A DNA stretch of 63,258 nt, filler included, from Perkinsus chesapeaki ATCC PRA-425 (Eukaryota > Protista > Perkinsozoa): NCBI GenBank assembly GCA_013115145.1. It is 9 parts of 9 records of this genome, joined end to end, with 100 filler letters (N's around TTAATTAATTAA, not from the genome) between each part and the next. Parts side by side here need not be neighbours in the genome. Positions count along the whole stretch, not along the records: positions 1 to 14,438 come from JAAPAO010000750.1; positions 14,539 to 18,015 come from JAAPAO010001404.1; positions 18,116 to 25,383 come from JAAPAO010001040.1; 6 more parts are not named here. The stretch is one strand, 5' to 3'. The notes beneath the pieces are model-generated. The model was not told the origin of the DNA, did not search any database, and saw nothing but the letters and a program-made list of their open reading frames with translations. The first letter of the stretch is position 1, and the number at the start of each line of letters is the position of its first letter. Shown in pieces: positions 11,673 through 21,764 of this stretch. Made by a program: the position numbers and the translations under genes.

Positions 11673-13494
11673 TCATACCCAAATTAGCATGAGAATAACC
11701 ACCATTTATATCATTAGACCACAATTGAGAGTAACTTCTTATAAAAGTTTCATAATTCTTCTTATCCAATTCATTAGAAAAGTACTCACCCATTCTCGTA
11801 ACCAATTGGTCGAACTTGATATCACGAGGAAACTTCGACCGTATAAACTGTATATCTGCTTCTGGTAATGCTCCACGCATTCTAGTCATCTTAGTAGAAT
11901 CAACCATACATTGGCCAGTTTCTACTTCTACATTAAAGAAAGCTGACTGTAGTCTACGCATGAACTCAGGGAAGGACTCTTTGTCACTCTTCTTCAAATT
12001 TTGCATCTTATCACTTTCAGCTTCAGGCGCAAAATCGGACCGAAACATTTCATCAAACATGTTCCATACAGTGTATAATAATTCCACTTGATCTGCATCA
12101 CGATAACCATTAGGACCAAGTCGTTGATTAATAGATTGGCTCAAATCTTGAGTCACACAGTCCAATAAGTAATCCACATGCACCTTTGCAATGTCCAAGC
12201 ACGATCGATTGAGGTTGTTCACGATCTCCCTTTCCACAGTATGCCAACTTCGGGAATCATCTGATCCACTATATGGACCATCCTTCAAGGGATGGACTTG
12301 GGACACCAATTGTGCCGCAGCTTGATCAACACGTCTCTTGAGAAATTTCAAGATACCACTATTGATCTGTGAGTCCTCACCCATTATAGGAATTCCATCT
12401 GGTCTTTCTTTTTGCCATTGAGGGGGCAATAACCAAAATGATTCTAAATATCCACCAACCGGCATACGATAACCCATATTAATGCGAACCTTAGCCTTCT
12501 TCTCATTGTAAGTAGCTACGTCTTTTAGGGACGAACTCACAGAAATAACTGTAGGAGCATTATCTCCAGTCCCATCCTTAGTGGGAGTCACATATTTATC
12601 AGTACCCATCATAGGGGTATTAGCCATTTTAACCATAGTAGGTTCTATCAGTTTGGACATATCATTACCAAATTTTTGACCCATTTGTAACCACTCTTGG
12701 CGTTGAACGGAATCATCTCGTTGCAAACCAACACCAAAAGAAGGGGCATCAAAATTGTCCTTACGGTTAACGTCGTCCATATCAGCTATCTTCTCACTCA
12801 TAGGGGTAAACATGAAACCACCATGTACAGGGGTCTCAACTTTACGACGCATAGTAACCTTATCATCCATATACGGAACATTAGCTCTCTTAATATCCAA
12901 TTGTAATTGATTAAAAGAGTTCATCAAGGCATCCACCTTAGATTCCAACTTAGTGCTGATAGATACACTTGATGCATTCAACTTATCCACATGCTTATAT
13001 ATGCCATCTACAATAACCTCAAAGTCTCGAGTTTGCTCATTTACTTTTTTACATAATTCTTCATGTCTCATCATTTGTTGAGTGAACATATCCGTAATAT
13101 GTAGTTTAAACTCACTCAGCTTACTATCAATACAACCATCATCTACAATATCATTGGCAATCTCTTCAGGATCTACCTCATCATTATTGTCAATAATCTC
13201 ATTGTCAGCCTTCTGGGTTTCACCCACAATTTCCTGCGACCGCCTTTGGACTTCAATAGGATCGGTTTGGAAGCCTTTACGATATGCGAACTTATATAAT
13301 TCATATTCAGTATCATTAAAAACAGTGGAGCCATTCTCCATAATATAAGAAACCAGTTCACTCTTCGCACTAGGGCAACCACGCCATCCACGTCCAATAA
13401 ATATACTTTCCAGCTGAGTACGGTCAAGTTGTTGAAGTAGAAAGTCAGTCCAATCAACCACCGGGCCAGAAATAGAACAAGGAGCTGCTACCAT
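11656..13494 (-). CDS. Element C Gag-like protein
   Basis: Long ORF right after the 5' LTR, with a retrotransposon-gag-like segment (KMQNLKKSDKESFPEFMRRL). The first ATG outside the LTR is at 13494. Confidence 0.75.
   Translation of the reverse strand: MVAAPCSISGPVVDWTDFLLQQLDRTQLESIFIGRGWRGCPSAKSELVSYIMENGSTVFNDTEYELYKFAYRKGFQTDPIEVQRRSQEIVGETQKADNEIIDNNDEVDPEEIANDIVDDGCIDSKLSEFKLHITDMFTQQMMRHEELCKKVNEQTRDFEVIVDGIYKHVDKLNASSVSISTKLESKVDALMNSFNQLQLDIKRANVPYMDDKVTMRRKVETPVHGGFMFTPMSEKIADMDDVNRKDNFDAPSFGVGLQRDDSVQRQEWLQMGQKFGNDMSKLIEPTMVKMANTPMMGTDKYVTPTKDGTGDNAPTVISVSSSLKDVATYNEKKAKVRINMGYRMPVGGYLESFWLLPPQWQKERPDGIPIMGEDSQINSGILKFLKRRVDQAAAQLVSQVHPLKDGPYSGSDDSRSWHTVEREIVNNLNRSCLDIAKVHVDYLLDCVTQDLSQSINQRLGPNGYRDADQVELLYTVWNMFDEMFRSDFAPEAESDKMQNLKKSDKESFPEFMRRLQSAFFNVEVETGQCMVDSTKMTRMRGALPEADIQFIRSKFPRDIKFDQLVTRMGEYFSNELDKKNYETFIRSYSQLWSNDINGGYSHANLGMMECFN
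13481..13493 (-). promoter_or_regulatory. Element C PBS, initiator tRNA-Met type
   Basis: TGGTAGCAGC 2 nt after the LTR is complementary to the 3' end of AGCAGC-type initiator tRNA (established pattern); the exact match to this species' tRNA is unchecked. Confidence 0.7.
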
Positions 13495-14438
13495 TTGTTG
13501 ATCGCTTCTCATAGGTGTCTATTGTGTCGATATTATTGACCCACTAATAGATAACCAAAGGCTTTGATAATAGTTACCGACAATAATTATATGGATAGGG
13601 ATAATACCACTCTACCCACAGTAGATATATTGTAATCTTTACGTTTACTTAACGTTTACTTATATATGTAATCACTAGTGTAACTGCCCACGCTAGTGAC
13701 ACAATTACGTATCCTTGCGTGTCCCAATTGACGCGCATGATACAAGGAAAATGGGGACAGAAATACACAATCACCTTATTATACACAATAAGGCGCAACA
13801 CAACTTCCCAGGAGTACTGCGAACTATCGCTCCCCACACAGGACCGCTTATAACGCACAGCAGTACAATCCGGAGCCTCTAATGAGACAAATACAGGATC
13901 TTGCTCCGGTGCTACACGACCTTCAACAACATTACATGATGGCATATGATGCCGAGTATACATCAATTCACGACTAGGCCAGTTTAACCCAACTCCACCA
14001 AGGGCCATAAAAATGTGCAAAAGCACAAGGGGGCACTAGGCAATAGTTAGTCCGGACATCCCCACTTCTGAAGTGGCACTTCATGGGGCCTCTGTCCGGA
14101 CTGGATCAGTATATCAGAATGGGTCTCATACCAGAGATGGTCTTACTAGGAGTTGCATGAGCCGGAATCTTGTCATCAACACTGACACTGTCGACAGCGT
14201 TATAATGTATTGCCTTCAAGGCTTGAAGTTCGAGCACATTTCTGCATGCCCGAAAAGTTTGCCACGGAACAGCCGTTGAAAGTAGTCGCTCGTTTCAGTG
14301 CTCAACTACTCAATTGCGAAGGGGACAGGAGGCGCGGAGACAGCGTGTTATCGGGTTCGGTTAACTAGTTAGTTGATGTAGGACTAGAGGCTCAGATGCG
14401 TTAACACAACAGGAGGGACCTTGAGGGATAGTTAGCTT

Positions 14439-14538
14439 NNNNNNNNNNNNNNNNNNNNNNNNNNNNNNNNNNNNNNNNNNNNTTAATTAATTAANNNNNN
14501 NNNNNNNNNNNNNNNNNNNNNNNNNNNNNNNNNNNNNN
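14439..14538. other. Artificial contig linker
   Basis: N44-TTAATTAATTAA-N44 with stops in all six frames; the same linker occurs at 18016, 25384, 29640, 52710, 53824, 60681 and 62054. Confidence 0.98.
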
Positions 14539-15048
14539 GCGCGAGTAATGATGATATTTCACCAACTGTGAAGTCTCGACTCGCCTGGCTGCGATGCTAT
14601 CTGATGCTTCGGATTGGAGTTGGAGTCTCTAACTTTAACTCAAGCTCCGATTTGAAGGGCCCTGGCAGTTGCGGGAGCTCACTTGATCCAGTCGACAAAG
14701 ATGATCCTTTTAAAGTCCGCAGCATTTATGGTGACAGTATTCACACTCGAGCTTTTCTTAACGGTCTTGCTTATGTCCTCCAGTCATCACCATTATTGTG
14801 TTCAATGCAAAAACAGTGCATGTAATGACATGCTGAATCTGTCCCTCCTGTTGTTCTATCTATCCTGCGTATGTATTGCGTTCTACTTTAATTTGAATTC
14901 TAGAAATAATCCTCTAATCCGGGTATGTCCCTTTCTATGCATGTTGCTATTATCTAACGCTTTGCCCATATTTTGTCACTATGACTGTATCTCACACTCC
15001 AGCTTCAGTCTGACTCTCATGTGCCGCCGTAGGTCTCTGTTTGTTGTT

Positions 15049-16170
15049 ATGGCAGACTTCAGCCGACAGTCCGCCTCACCTGAGCCCTCCGAAGAAGTCG
15101 AACTGACTGCCTTGCAACGGCGCAATGTTGGCTCATTCGAAGCTTCTCCTACCTCATCGGTCCTCCGCCCTAGTTCCCTCCTTGGCAGTGGCCTCTGCAT
15201 CTTGTCGGCGTTCTTCTTCTCGCTCATGCAAGTCTGTGCCCATATCGCCAGCGATACCTTTTCAAGTTCACAGTTGATGCTGGTCCGATCAATGATACAG
15301 TTAGCAGTTTGCCTGATGGCATGTCTCTACGGGCGTGTTAATCCACTTGGCCCTCCTGGTCTTCGTTCATTTTGCCTTCTCCGAGGCTTTCTCGGAGCAT
15401 TCGCAAACTTTCTCCTTTACTATGCGATAAGTGCGATGCCTGTAGCCGACGCCAACGCTATATTTTTCACTAACCCTCTCTTCACCATGTTATACGCTAT
15501 ATGCTTGCTAAAAGAGCCATCGACTAAGCTCGAGATATTCTCGCTTGTCATCGGCTTTGTTGGAGTCATTTTTGTCGCCCGTCCAAGCTTCTTGTTCGGA
15601 ATTTCCGACGTCGCTGAGGGAGCCAAAGATACTGCTATTTCGGCTGTTTTTGCTACATTACTCGGAGCTCTGGTCGGCGGCTTCGTTCCCATTGTCGTTC
15701 GATATATAGGATCTGCTGTCCACCACTACGTGCTTGTCTTTTATTGGGGTATCACTGCCTTCGGTATGAGTCTCGTTATAGCAATGGCATCCTCTACTTC
15801 TTGGTTTAGCTTGCCTCCTTTTACTAGCGAGTTCAGTGCATATACACTCGGCATTGTGGCGGGCATCTTTGGCGTCACGACACAATTTTTATACAACAGG
15901 GCAATGCAAATCGAGAAGCCCCAAACCTGCTCAATCCTTCGGCAACTCGAGGTCGTGTTCGCCTTTTTTTGGCAACATTTAGCAACTCATTCACCGGTTA
16001 AAGCGCTGAGTGTCGGAGGCGCTATACTCATTGTTGTATCAACGCTACTCTTGTTATTACAGAAGATCATGGGATGGAAACGTGTCTCGGTGGAGAACCA
16101 AGTGATGATGCCCACTCGACCGGCAATCAGCGACAACGGAGTGCCTCCGATCATCTTGGGGAAAGAATGA
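15049..16170 (+). CDS. EamA/DMT-family (SLC35G-like) membrane transporter, copy 1
   Basis: About 10 hydrophobic helices; motifs LLRGFLG, YYAISAMPVADANAIFFTNPLFT, RAMQIEK. Start placed at MADF (inference). Confidence 0.85.
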   Translation: MADFSRQSASPEPSEEVELTALQRRNVGSFEASPTSSVLRPSSLLGSGLCILSAFFFSLMQVCAHIASDTFSSSQLMLVRSMIQLAVCLMACLYGRVNPLGPPGLRSFCLLRGFLGAFANFLLYYAISAMPVADANAIFFTNPLFTMLYAICLLKEPSTKLEIFSLVIGFVGVIFVARPSFLFGISDVAEGAKDTAISAVFATLLGALVGGFVPIVVRYIGSAVHHYVLVFYWGITAFGMSLVIAMASSTSWFSLPPFTSEFSAYTLGIVAGIFGVTTQFLYNRAMQIEKPQTCSILRQLEVVFAFFWQHLATHSPVKALSVGGAILIVVSTLLLLLQKIMGWKRVSVENQVMMPTRPAISDNGVPPIILGKE

Positions 16171-16412
16171 GAATGTTATCATGATTTCTTGAATCGACGA
16201 CAACCTTCATATCGGTTACGTTGGGCACCTATGCCGCTGACTCGGGATACTATACTTCAAGGAAGTACTGTTCACATTTTACTCCATTTTACTCCTCGTT
16301 TTTGTGTTGTACAATAATGCCTCCATCACCTTGTAACCAGGAGAAAGAGTACTTGGCGAGATTATGTGGAGTGTACTAGAGATGGTTTGTCCATCAGCTT
16401 TTGTTACATCTC

Positions 16413-17477
16413 ATGTCAGCATCAGGACGGTCTTCCTATCCGATCGACCAACCAGTCGATGTAGAATTGACAGTGCAACGAAAGATTCCGAAAGCTGGTC
16501 ATGAAGAAGCAGATGAGATCTCCTTAAAAGGGAGTTCTCTGTGTACGTTGTCGGCATTTCTATTTTCAATAATGCAGCTATGCGCTCATCTCGCCAGCGA
16601 TAGCTTTTCAAGCTCCGAGATAATGTTCGCCCGGTGTGTGGTACAGACAGTTGTGTCTGCTAGTGTTGCGATGTGTATTGAAGTTAATCCCTTCGGTCCC
16701 GACGGCCGCCGTGCTGTATGCCTTTTACGTGGTTCCCTCGGCGCCCTTTCCAACTTCGCCCTCTTTTATGCAGTAACACACATGCCGGTTGGCGATGCTA
16801 ATGCCATTTTCTTCACCAGTCCATTATTCACGAGCCTCGGTGCTTCTCTACTGCTCCATGAGCCTTTTACTAAAATAGAGTGTGCTGCATTGTTCTCCGG
16901 CTTGACCGGCGCTTTGCTCGTTGCACGACCCTCATTCCTCTTTGGGTCATCGAATGAGGCATCTGAGCATCCAACCTTAGCTGTTATTTTCGCTATGTGC
17001 GGTGCTCTCGTGAGTAGCTCTGTGCCGCTCGTCGTAAGATGGATACGTGAATCGGTGCACTACGTTTGTCTGGTATTCTACTTCGGTGCCTGCGGAACTC
17101 TCATGAGTCTCGGAGTTATGCTCTCCGGTCTGCAGCCAGTAAACCTTCCCCGCTTTGCTGATGACTCTAAAGGTTACCTTCTACTATTAATGGTTAGCTT
17201 ATTAGGAGTTACTGCACAGTTTGCGTTCAATCGAAGCATGCAAATAGAGAAGCCTCAAAACTGCGCCATTCTGCGTCAGCTCGATGTGGCGTTTACATTC
17301 CTGTGGCAGCATTTGTTTGCCTCTGCAGTCAATCCACTGAGCCTGCTGGGAGCCATTATGGTATTGGGATCGAGTTCGGCGATATTTCTGAGCAAGATCT
17401 TCGCTTCCCGGTCGAGCAATTCTGCCACCTCCATGCAAACTACAACAGTTATGCCTCAAATGATAGGAAAAGAATAA
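16413..17477 (+). CDS. EamA/DMT-family transporter, tandem copy 2
   Basis: Same motifs as copy 1 (LLRGSLG, MPVGDANAIFFTSPLFT, RSMQIEK); both proteins end in GKE. Confidence 0.85.
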   Translation: MSASGRSSYPIDQPVDVELTVQRKIPKAGHEEADEISLKGSSLCTLSAFLFSIMQLCAHLASDSFSSSEIMFARCVVQTVVSASVAMCIEVNPFGPDGRRAVCLLRGSLGALSNFALFYAVTHMPVGDANAIFFTSPLFTSLGASLLLHEPFTKIECAALFSGLTGALLVARPSFLFGSSNEASEHPTLAVIFAMCGALVSSSVPLVVRWIRESVHYVCLVFYFGACGTLMSLGVMLSGLQPVNLPRFADDSKGYLLLLMVSLLGVTAQFAFNRSMQIEKPQNCAILRQLDVAFTFLWQHLFASAVNPLSLLGAIMVLGSSSAIFLSKIFASRSSNSATSMQTTTVMPQMIGKE

Positions 17478-17896
17478 TACGTATATGTTGAGCGAATGAC
17501 TGGTTGCCGCCTTGAATTGGATATTTTGATTGGACCTGTCCAGATTAATGCTGGTAGTGCTTGTGATATGTATTACTTGCTGCTCAATGTTCTAGACCAG
17601 TCTATACCATCTAATGCCCATTCGATTTTTTTGTGCTTGATGTTTTGTTTGTTGAGTTCGTGAGCCAGTGATCATTCATTAAGCTGTGGGAGTTTTGAAC
17701 TTGAAGTTCGCTAAGAAGGCCATGTCTTGCACGAAATTCTAGTATGCTCGTAAACGATAGCCGAACCTCTGTTAATATATCACGTGGTTTCAAGGTCAAA
17801 CGTCAATTAGCGGGGATCGGTTTCCCCTTTCACGTAACAACATCATATAATGACTATAGTCAGTGGCCTATATTTAACCCTTGAGGCCTCAATAGG

Positions 17897-17918
17897 GGTG
17901 GCTGAGCCACCGTGGCTC
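17897..17918. repeat. 22-bp 8-mer scar, X=GGTGGCTC
   Basis: ggtggct-gagccacc-gtggctc, perfect. Confidence 0.85.
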
Positions 17919-18015
17919 CAGTGGAGTTAAGATTCTACTCTTCACCTTTTCAACGCCTATTTCGACAATAGTAACTTCTATTTCGACAGGCGAGCGAAAT
18001 TTATGTTAAGATTCT

Positions 18016-18115
18016 NNNNNNNNNNNNNNNNNNNNNNNNNNNNNNNNNNNNNNNNNNNNTTAATTAATTAANNNNNNNNNNNNNNNNNNNNNNNNNNNNN
18101 NNNNNNNNNNNNNNN
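18016..18115. other. Artificial contig linker
   Basis: N44-TTAATTAATTAA-N44. Confidence 0.98.
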
Positions 18116-18839
18116 GTGCGCATAGTGCGCCACCGTTGTGCTGAACACAGTGCCTCTCCGAGGTTCATCATATCCGACTCGAGGATCAGTGATCTGCGTC
18201 GTTCTGAGTTTATGGGAATTTCCCCTAAGAGTGAATCATTTTTAAACGATAATAAAGTTGTTTCGACCCCGCGAAGCATGGACTTCTGAGGCCCAGCTGG
18301 CGCCTATTTCTCCACGAAACAGCGCCGCACATCGTTTCTTGGTATTAGAGGCATTCAACTGCAAAGCAGGCTCGGAGTTACGTTTAGTCATCTAATGGAG
18401 CTGCCATGAGATATTTGCTCGGGATTATCTTCGTGAACAATGGCAGCCTACAAAATAACGATAAATAATATGTCTGGGCAATCTCGAGGCCGGCGGTAAC
18501 AATGTCGAGGTCACTGGCTCCGTGTCACCACATTCCCGTGACCACAAAACCATTATATAAATGACTAAGCACGAAGCAGTTGAGAAAACAGCCTACATAA
18601 GGTGGCATATCTGGAGCTGTGACTTGGCCAGGATAATAAGAGGTCACCAGGAGCCCTTCAGAGCATGGATTCGGCAAGGGGACCATCCGACAGCTTGCAC
18701 GCATGAGCAACGGATGCAGGCGCAGCTGTCCCGATTGAATTAAGCGAATTACCCTTGTTTTATCCACCTGACCGATCTATCAATACAACGCTGCAGCTAC
18801 CTGTTCGAAGGCCTCATCTTTGCCCTGTGCATCCAGGGC

Positions 18840-19643
18840 ATGAGCGCTCTAGATGATTCCTCCGGTGAGCCTCTAGACTACTTGGCTGTACCGGAATACA
18901 CTCCGATGTTGGAGAGAGTGGTAATGAACTTGGATCCTCTCGATGGTGACTCCAATGGTGACTCCAATGGTGACTCCGATGGTGACTCCGATGTCGACTT
19001 TGGTATATATCTCGGACTAGACCGTAGACATAGGAGACATAGGAGGGGATGTGAGAGATGTGTGCATCGACATGTCGAATCGGCATTGCACCGCGCTGAA
19101 GAAGAGGCTCATAAGAGATGTGAACATCCCAAGTGTCCTTATATGGAGGAAGCCTGCGAAGAAGCCTTAAAAAACAAGAAGGCCTTACGTGGGTATTTAT
19201 TCGTCAAGCTACGAGCTGGTGCAGTAGCTGAAGCCTATTGTACTGGGGCCCAACGCTGCCATGAAAGACAGCACGCGGATCTCAAGGACTCAAGCTTTGA
19301 CACGACTCCGGCGATTACCGCGGACGATCTCATGGACGTCCTGGGTTCTGCTTCAGACGTCCTTGGTTCTGAGGCAGCCCTTAGGGACACACAACGCCCT
19401 CGTCCAACTGCCCGTCCTAGACCCGGGCCGGAACCCAGTCTTAAGTGCATTACCAAGGAGACTAAGAAGCTTTTCTCTAGGGTTCAGGAGAGGCTCGACG
19501 AGATGTGTGACCACCCAGAAAGTCATAAGTTCGAAAGGTTCTGCGAATTTCGTCATGAGGAACCGCAAGAAGCCGCTGGTATGGTTTACGCCTATGTGGA
19601 GCCTTATAAATATGCTATGGGTTACTGTATGGCTGCGAAGTAA
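18840..19643 (+). CDS. Two-domain Cys-rich protein, paralog 1 (signal-peptide ATG mutated to ATA at 18783)
   Basis: Clear paralog of 24000-24902; 4 x GGTGACTCC(A/G)AT repeats. Confidence 0.75.
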   Translation: MSALDDSSGEPLDYLAVPEYTPMLERVVMNLDPLDGDSNGDSNGDSDGDSDVDFGIYLGLDRRHRRHRRGCERCVHRHVESALHRAEEEAHKRCEHPKCPYMEEACEEALKNKKALRGYLFVKLRAGAVAEAYCTGAQRCHERQHADLKDSSFDTTPAITADDLMDVLGSASDVLGSEAALRDTQRPRPTARPRPGPEPSLKCITKETKKLFSRVQERLDEMCDHPESHKFERFCEFRHEEPQEAAGMVYAYVEPYKYAMGYCMAAK

Positions 19644-19819
19644 AACACCTCTGAAAGAGGTTCTGTCGAGTTATTCGACCGGTTGGATGTTTTAGATACA
19701 TGTCTACATTGTATACATTTTTAACATCATCTCCTCTATTTTCACCCTAAGCGGTATTCGATCTCGTCATGGTCTATAGTCTATTATGACCGAGCTATTC
19801 AATACTTTTATTTTTTATA

Positions 19820-19841
19820 GTGTATCTGATACACTGTATCA
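19820..19841. repeat. 22-bp 8-mer scar, X=GTGTATCA
   Basis: gtgtatc-tgatacac-tgtatca, perfect. Confidence 0.85.
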
Positions 19842-21764
19842 TCTCTGAGAATTCACCACAGTCAGGATGACAGCATCTGCTTGGTGATGGCCGGCGGCAA
19901 AGGTTGTGATATCAGAGCTTGTTTGGTCGAGATTGTGTGTTCTGTACAGTGTACAGTACGTAACTATTTTTATATGAGGTATACGGCAACGATGATAGTT
20001 TTAGTCAATCGTGCCTCGGACTAGGGCTCTTAATCTCCTTACAAAAATACACCTGGCTCCTTAATGGACAATAGCGTCTCATTAATAAAGGGTTATTTGA
20101 GTTTGTAACAAAAATATGTACAACCGAGCTCAGAGTAAAACTTGATGGGTGCTGACTCTTTGGTGTGGAGCTAGTCCAACGCCTAAAACGGCTCAGACTA
20201 TCCATTCTGTGATCTGCTTCAGAGAGGGTTCAAACTGGATTTCCACTGAATGGTTCACGGATTCAATCCTGGACAAACAAGACTGTAAGTGCTGTAATAA
20301 GTACCGGTTACAGGGTAGGCGCGTTTAGTTGCGGGACATGGAACATTTGTGTGATTTTGTGTGCGACGGTCAGCGCTAGTCAGAGCACCCGTTATCGACT
20401 TAAGTGGTGCAATATGGGTTCTCCGAGCAACCTTTACATCTTCCACAGTTAAGTTGACATTTTTTATACTTGTGTTGGAGGTCTCTGCGCAGCAGCGCTC
20501 GGGATCTCGGTGCTGTCACACCTTTGTCCAGCGGAGCATTCACCGGTTCATTAACTGCTAAGTGAATGTTATTGGCCCCGCTGGTCTCAGGTGTACACAT
20601 CACCCTACCAGTAACCCAATCTTCACAAGTATGATCTGTTCCGTCAACTAAGAGCTCATTCCTCAGAGCACAATGCACTTACGCAACCAAGGGCCAGTGT
20701 ACCACTACCAAACCACAATGACTGCCTTTTTGGGACCTCAGCTCGAGAAGGATAATGTCCAGTGGTTGCGAATGTTACTTGTGTTCCGTCCGCTCGTCAA
20801 TCGTATCAGCGACATGAGGTGGATACTCCACCGTGGAGCATTACTTCAGTTCAACGCTCCCTCAAACCGATCTGGTCAATTGCTGTACTCGCGACCCTCA
20901 CCCTTTCACACCTCAGACTGCTCCCTTAGGGTCAGCTTCTGACCGTCTCGCAAGGGTAAATCATCTTTTCTAAGGAGACCGCCGCTTTTCCAAAGAGATT
21001 TCTCGCTGAAGCTCTTTCATCATTAAGGACATGTCCTCGATCGTGGTGACTTATGCGGGTTAGCCTGTATAACACATCATCTTGGCAGGGCACCGCCTTT
21101 TCCCGTGGGTATATAATCGACAGGTGCCACTGTCGGATGAGTTCCCCGGATGTTAAAGAAAATCAATAGCAGTTCTTAATCCTGGAGCTCCGTGGGAATC
21201 GTACAGTACAGTATTGTGACTTAATTTTTCTTCGTCTTGTGCAGCCCGTCCCCTTCGACCAGGCTGCTGATTATAGCCAGTATAGGGGTATCGCTGTGGT
21301 AGCGGGTTGAGGTAGTTGTCATAATCTGCTGAGCCCTGGTAAAATTCCGAGCACACATGTTACGATGGGTGACCGGCGGCAATGCCCCTGGGCGACATAA
21401 TTAATCGAAAAAGTTGCTTCAAAGTGGTGAAGTTCAAACGAGTACATCTATTTGCATCATCCTCAGAGTGTAACGGTTTTATCAGTCGTCTAGTGGCTAC
21501 TTTACTTGCAACATGCAGGAATGGTTCGCTGAAGTATTCCCAGCGGTATTTGTTGATCTGTCTTCTTCATGGTTAGAATAGTCTAGCTGGCTAATATGTT
21601 AAGCCGAATATCCTGTGACTCGGGTTCGATCCCTGGATGCTATCCCTTTTAGCAAATCATTGTCTACCTGTCATACTTGTATATACTGTCCCACTTTAAT
21701 CGCTTACGCTATGTAAGAGTCGTGATGCTGTATACTGTTTTTGATATACTCTCTCTGTAATCCA

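Larger units (their letters stand above)
8099..13800 (-). mobile_element. Element C: LTR element with gag + integrase + extra ORF but no PR/RT/RH
   Basis: LTRs at 8099-8405 and 13496-13800 (TGTTG...CAACA; one substitution and one 2-bp indel apart), 4-bp TSD CAAC (8095-8098, 13801-13804), PBS at 13481-13493. Confidence 0.95.
1..14438 (-). mobile_element. Element A: decayed Ty3/Gypsy-order LTR retrotransposon (outer element of a nest), truncated at both contig ends
   Basis: RT (YFDD, DIRRAY), RNase H and integrase fragments lie in RT-RH-IN order on the minus strand at 13801-14026, 6509-8098 and 115-1360. The frames rejoin when B and C are removed. One in-frame TAG (7370-7372) and about 3 frameshifts. 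Confidence 0.85.

Noticed and set aside
14683-15048. 122-codon N-terminal extension of EamA copy 1 in the ORF track
   Set aside because: Not shared with copy 2, starts at a non-ATG codon, and looks like an AT-rich upstream region.
20005-21356. Possible fragmented minus-strand gene upstream of element E
   Set aside because: Some coding-like stretches, but no consistent exon chain or motif could be built.
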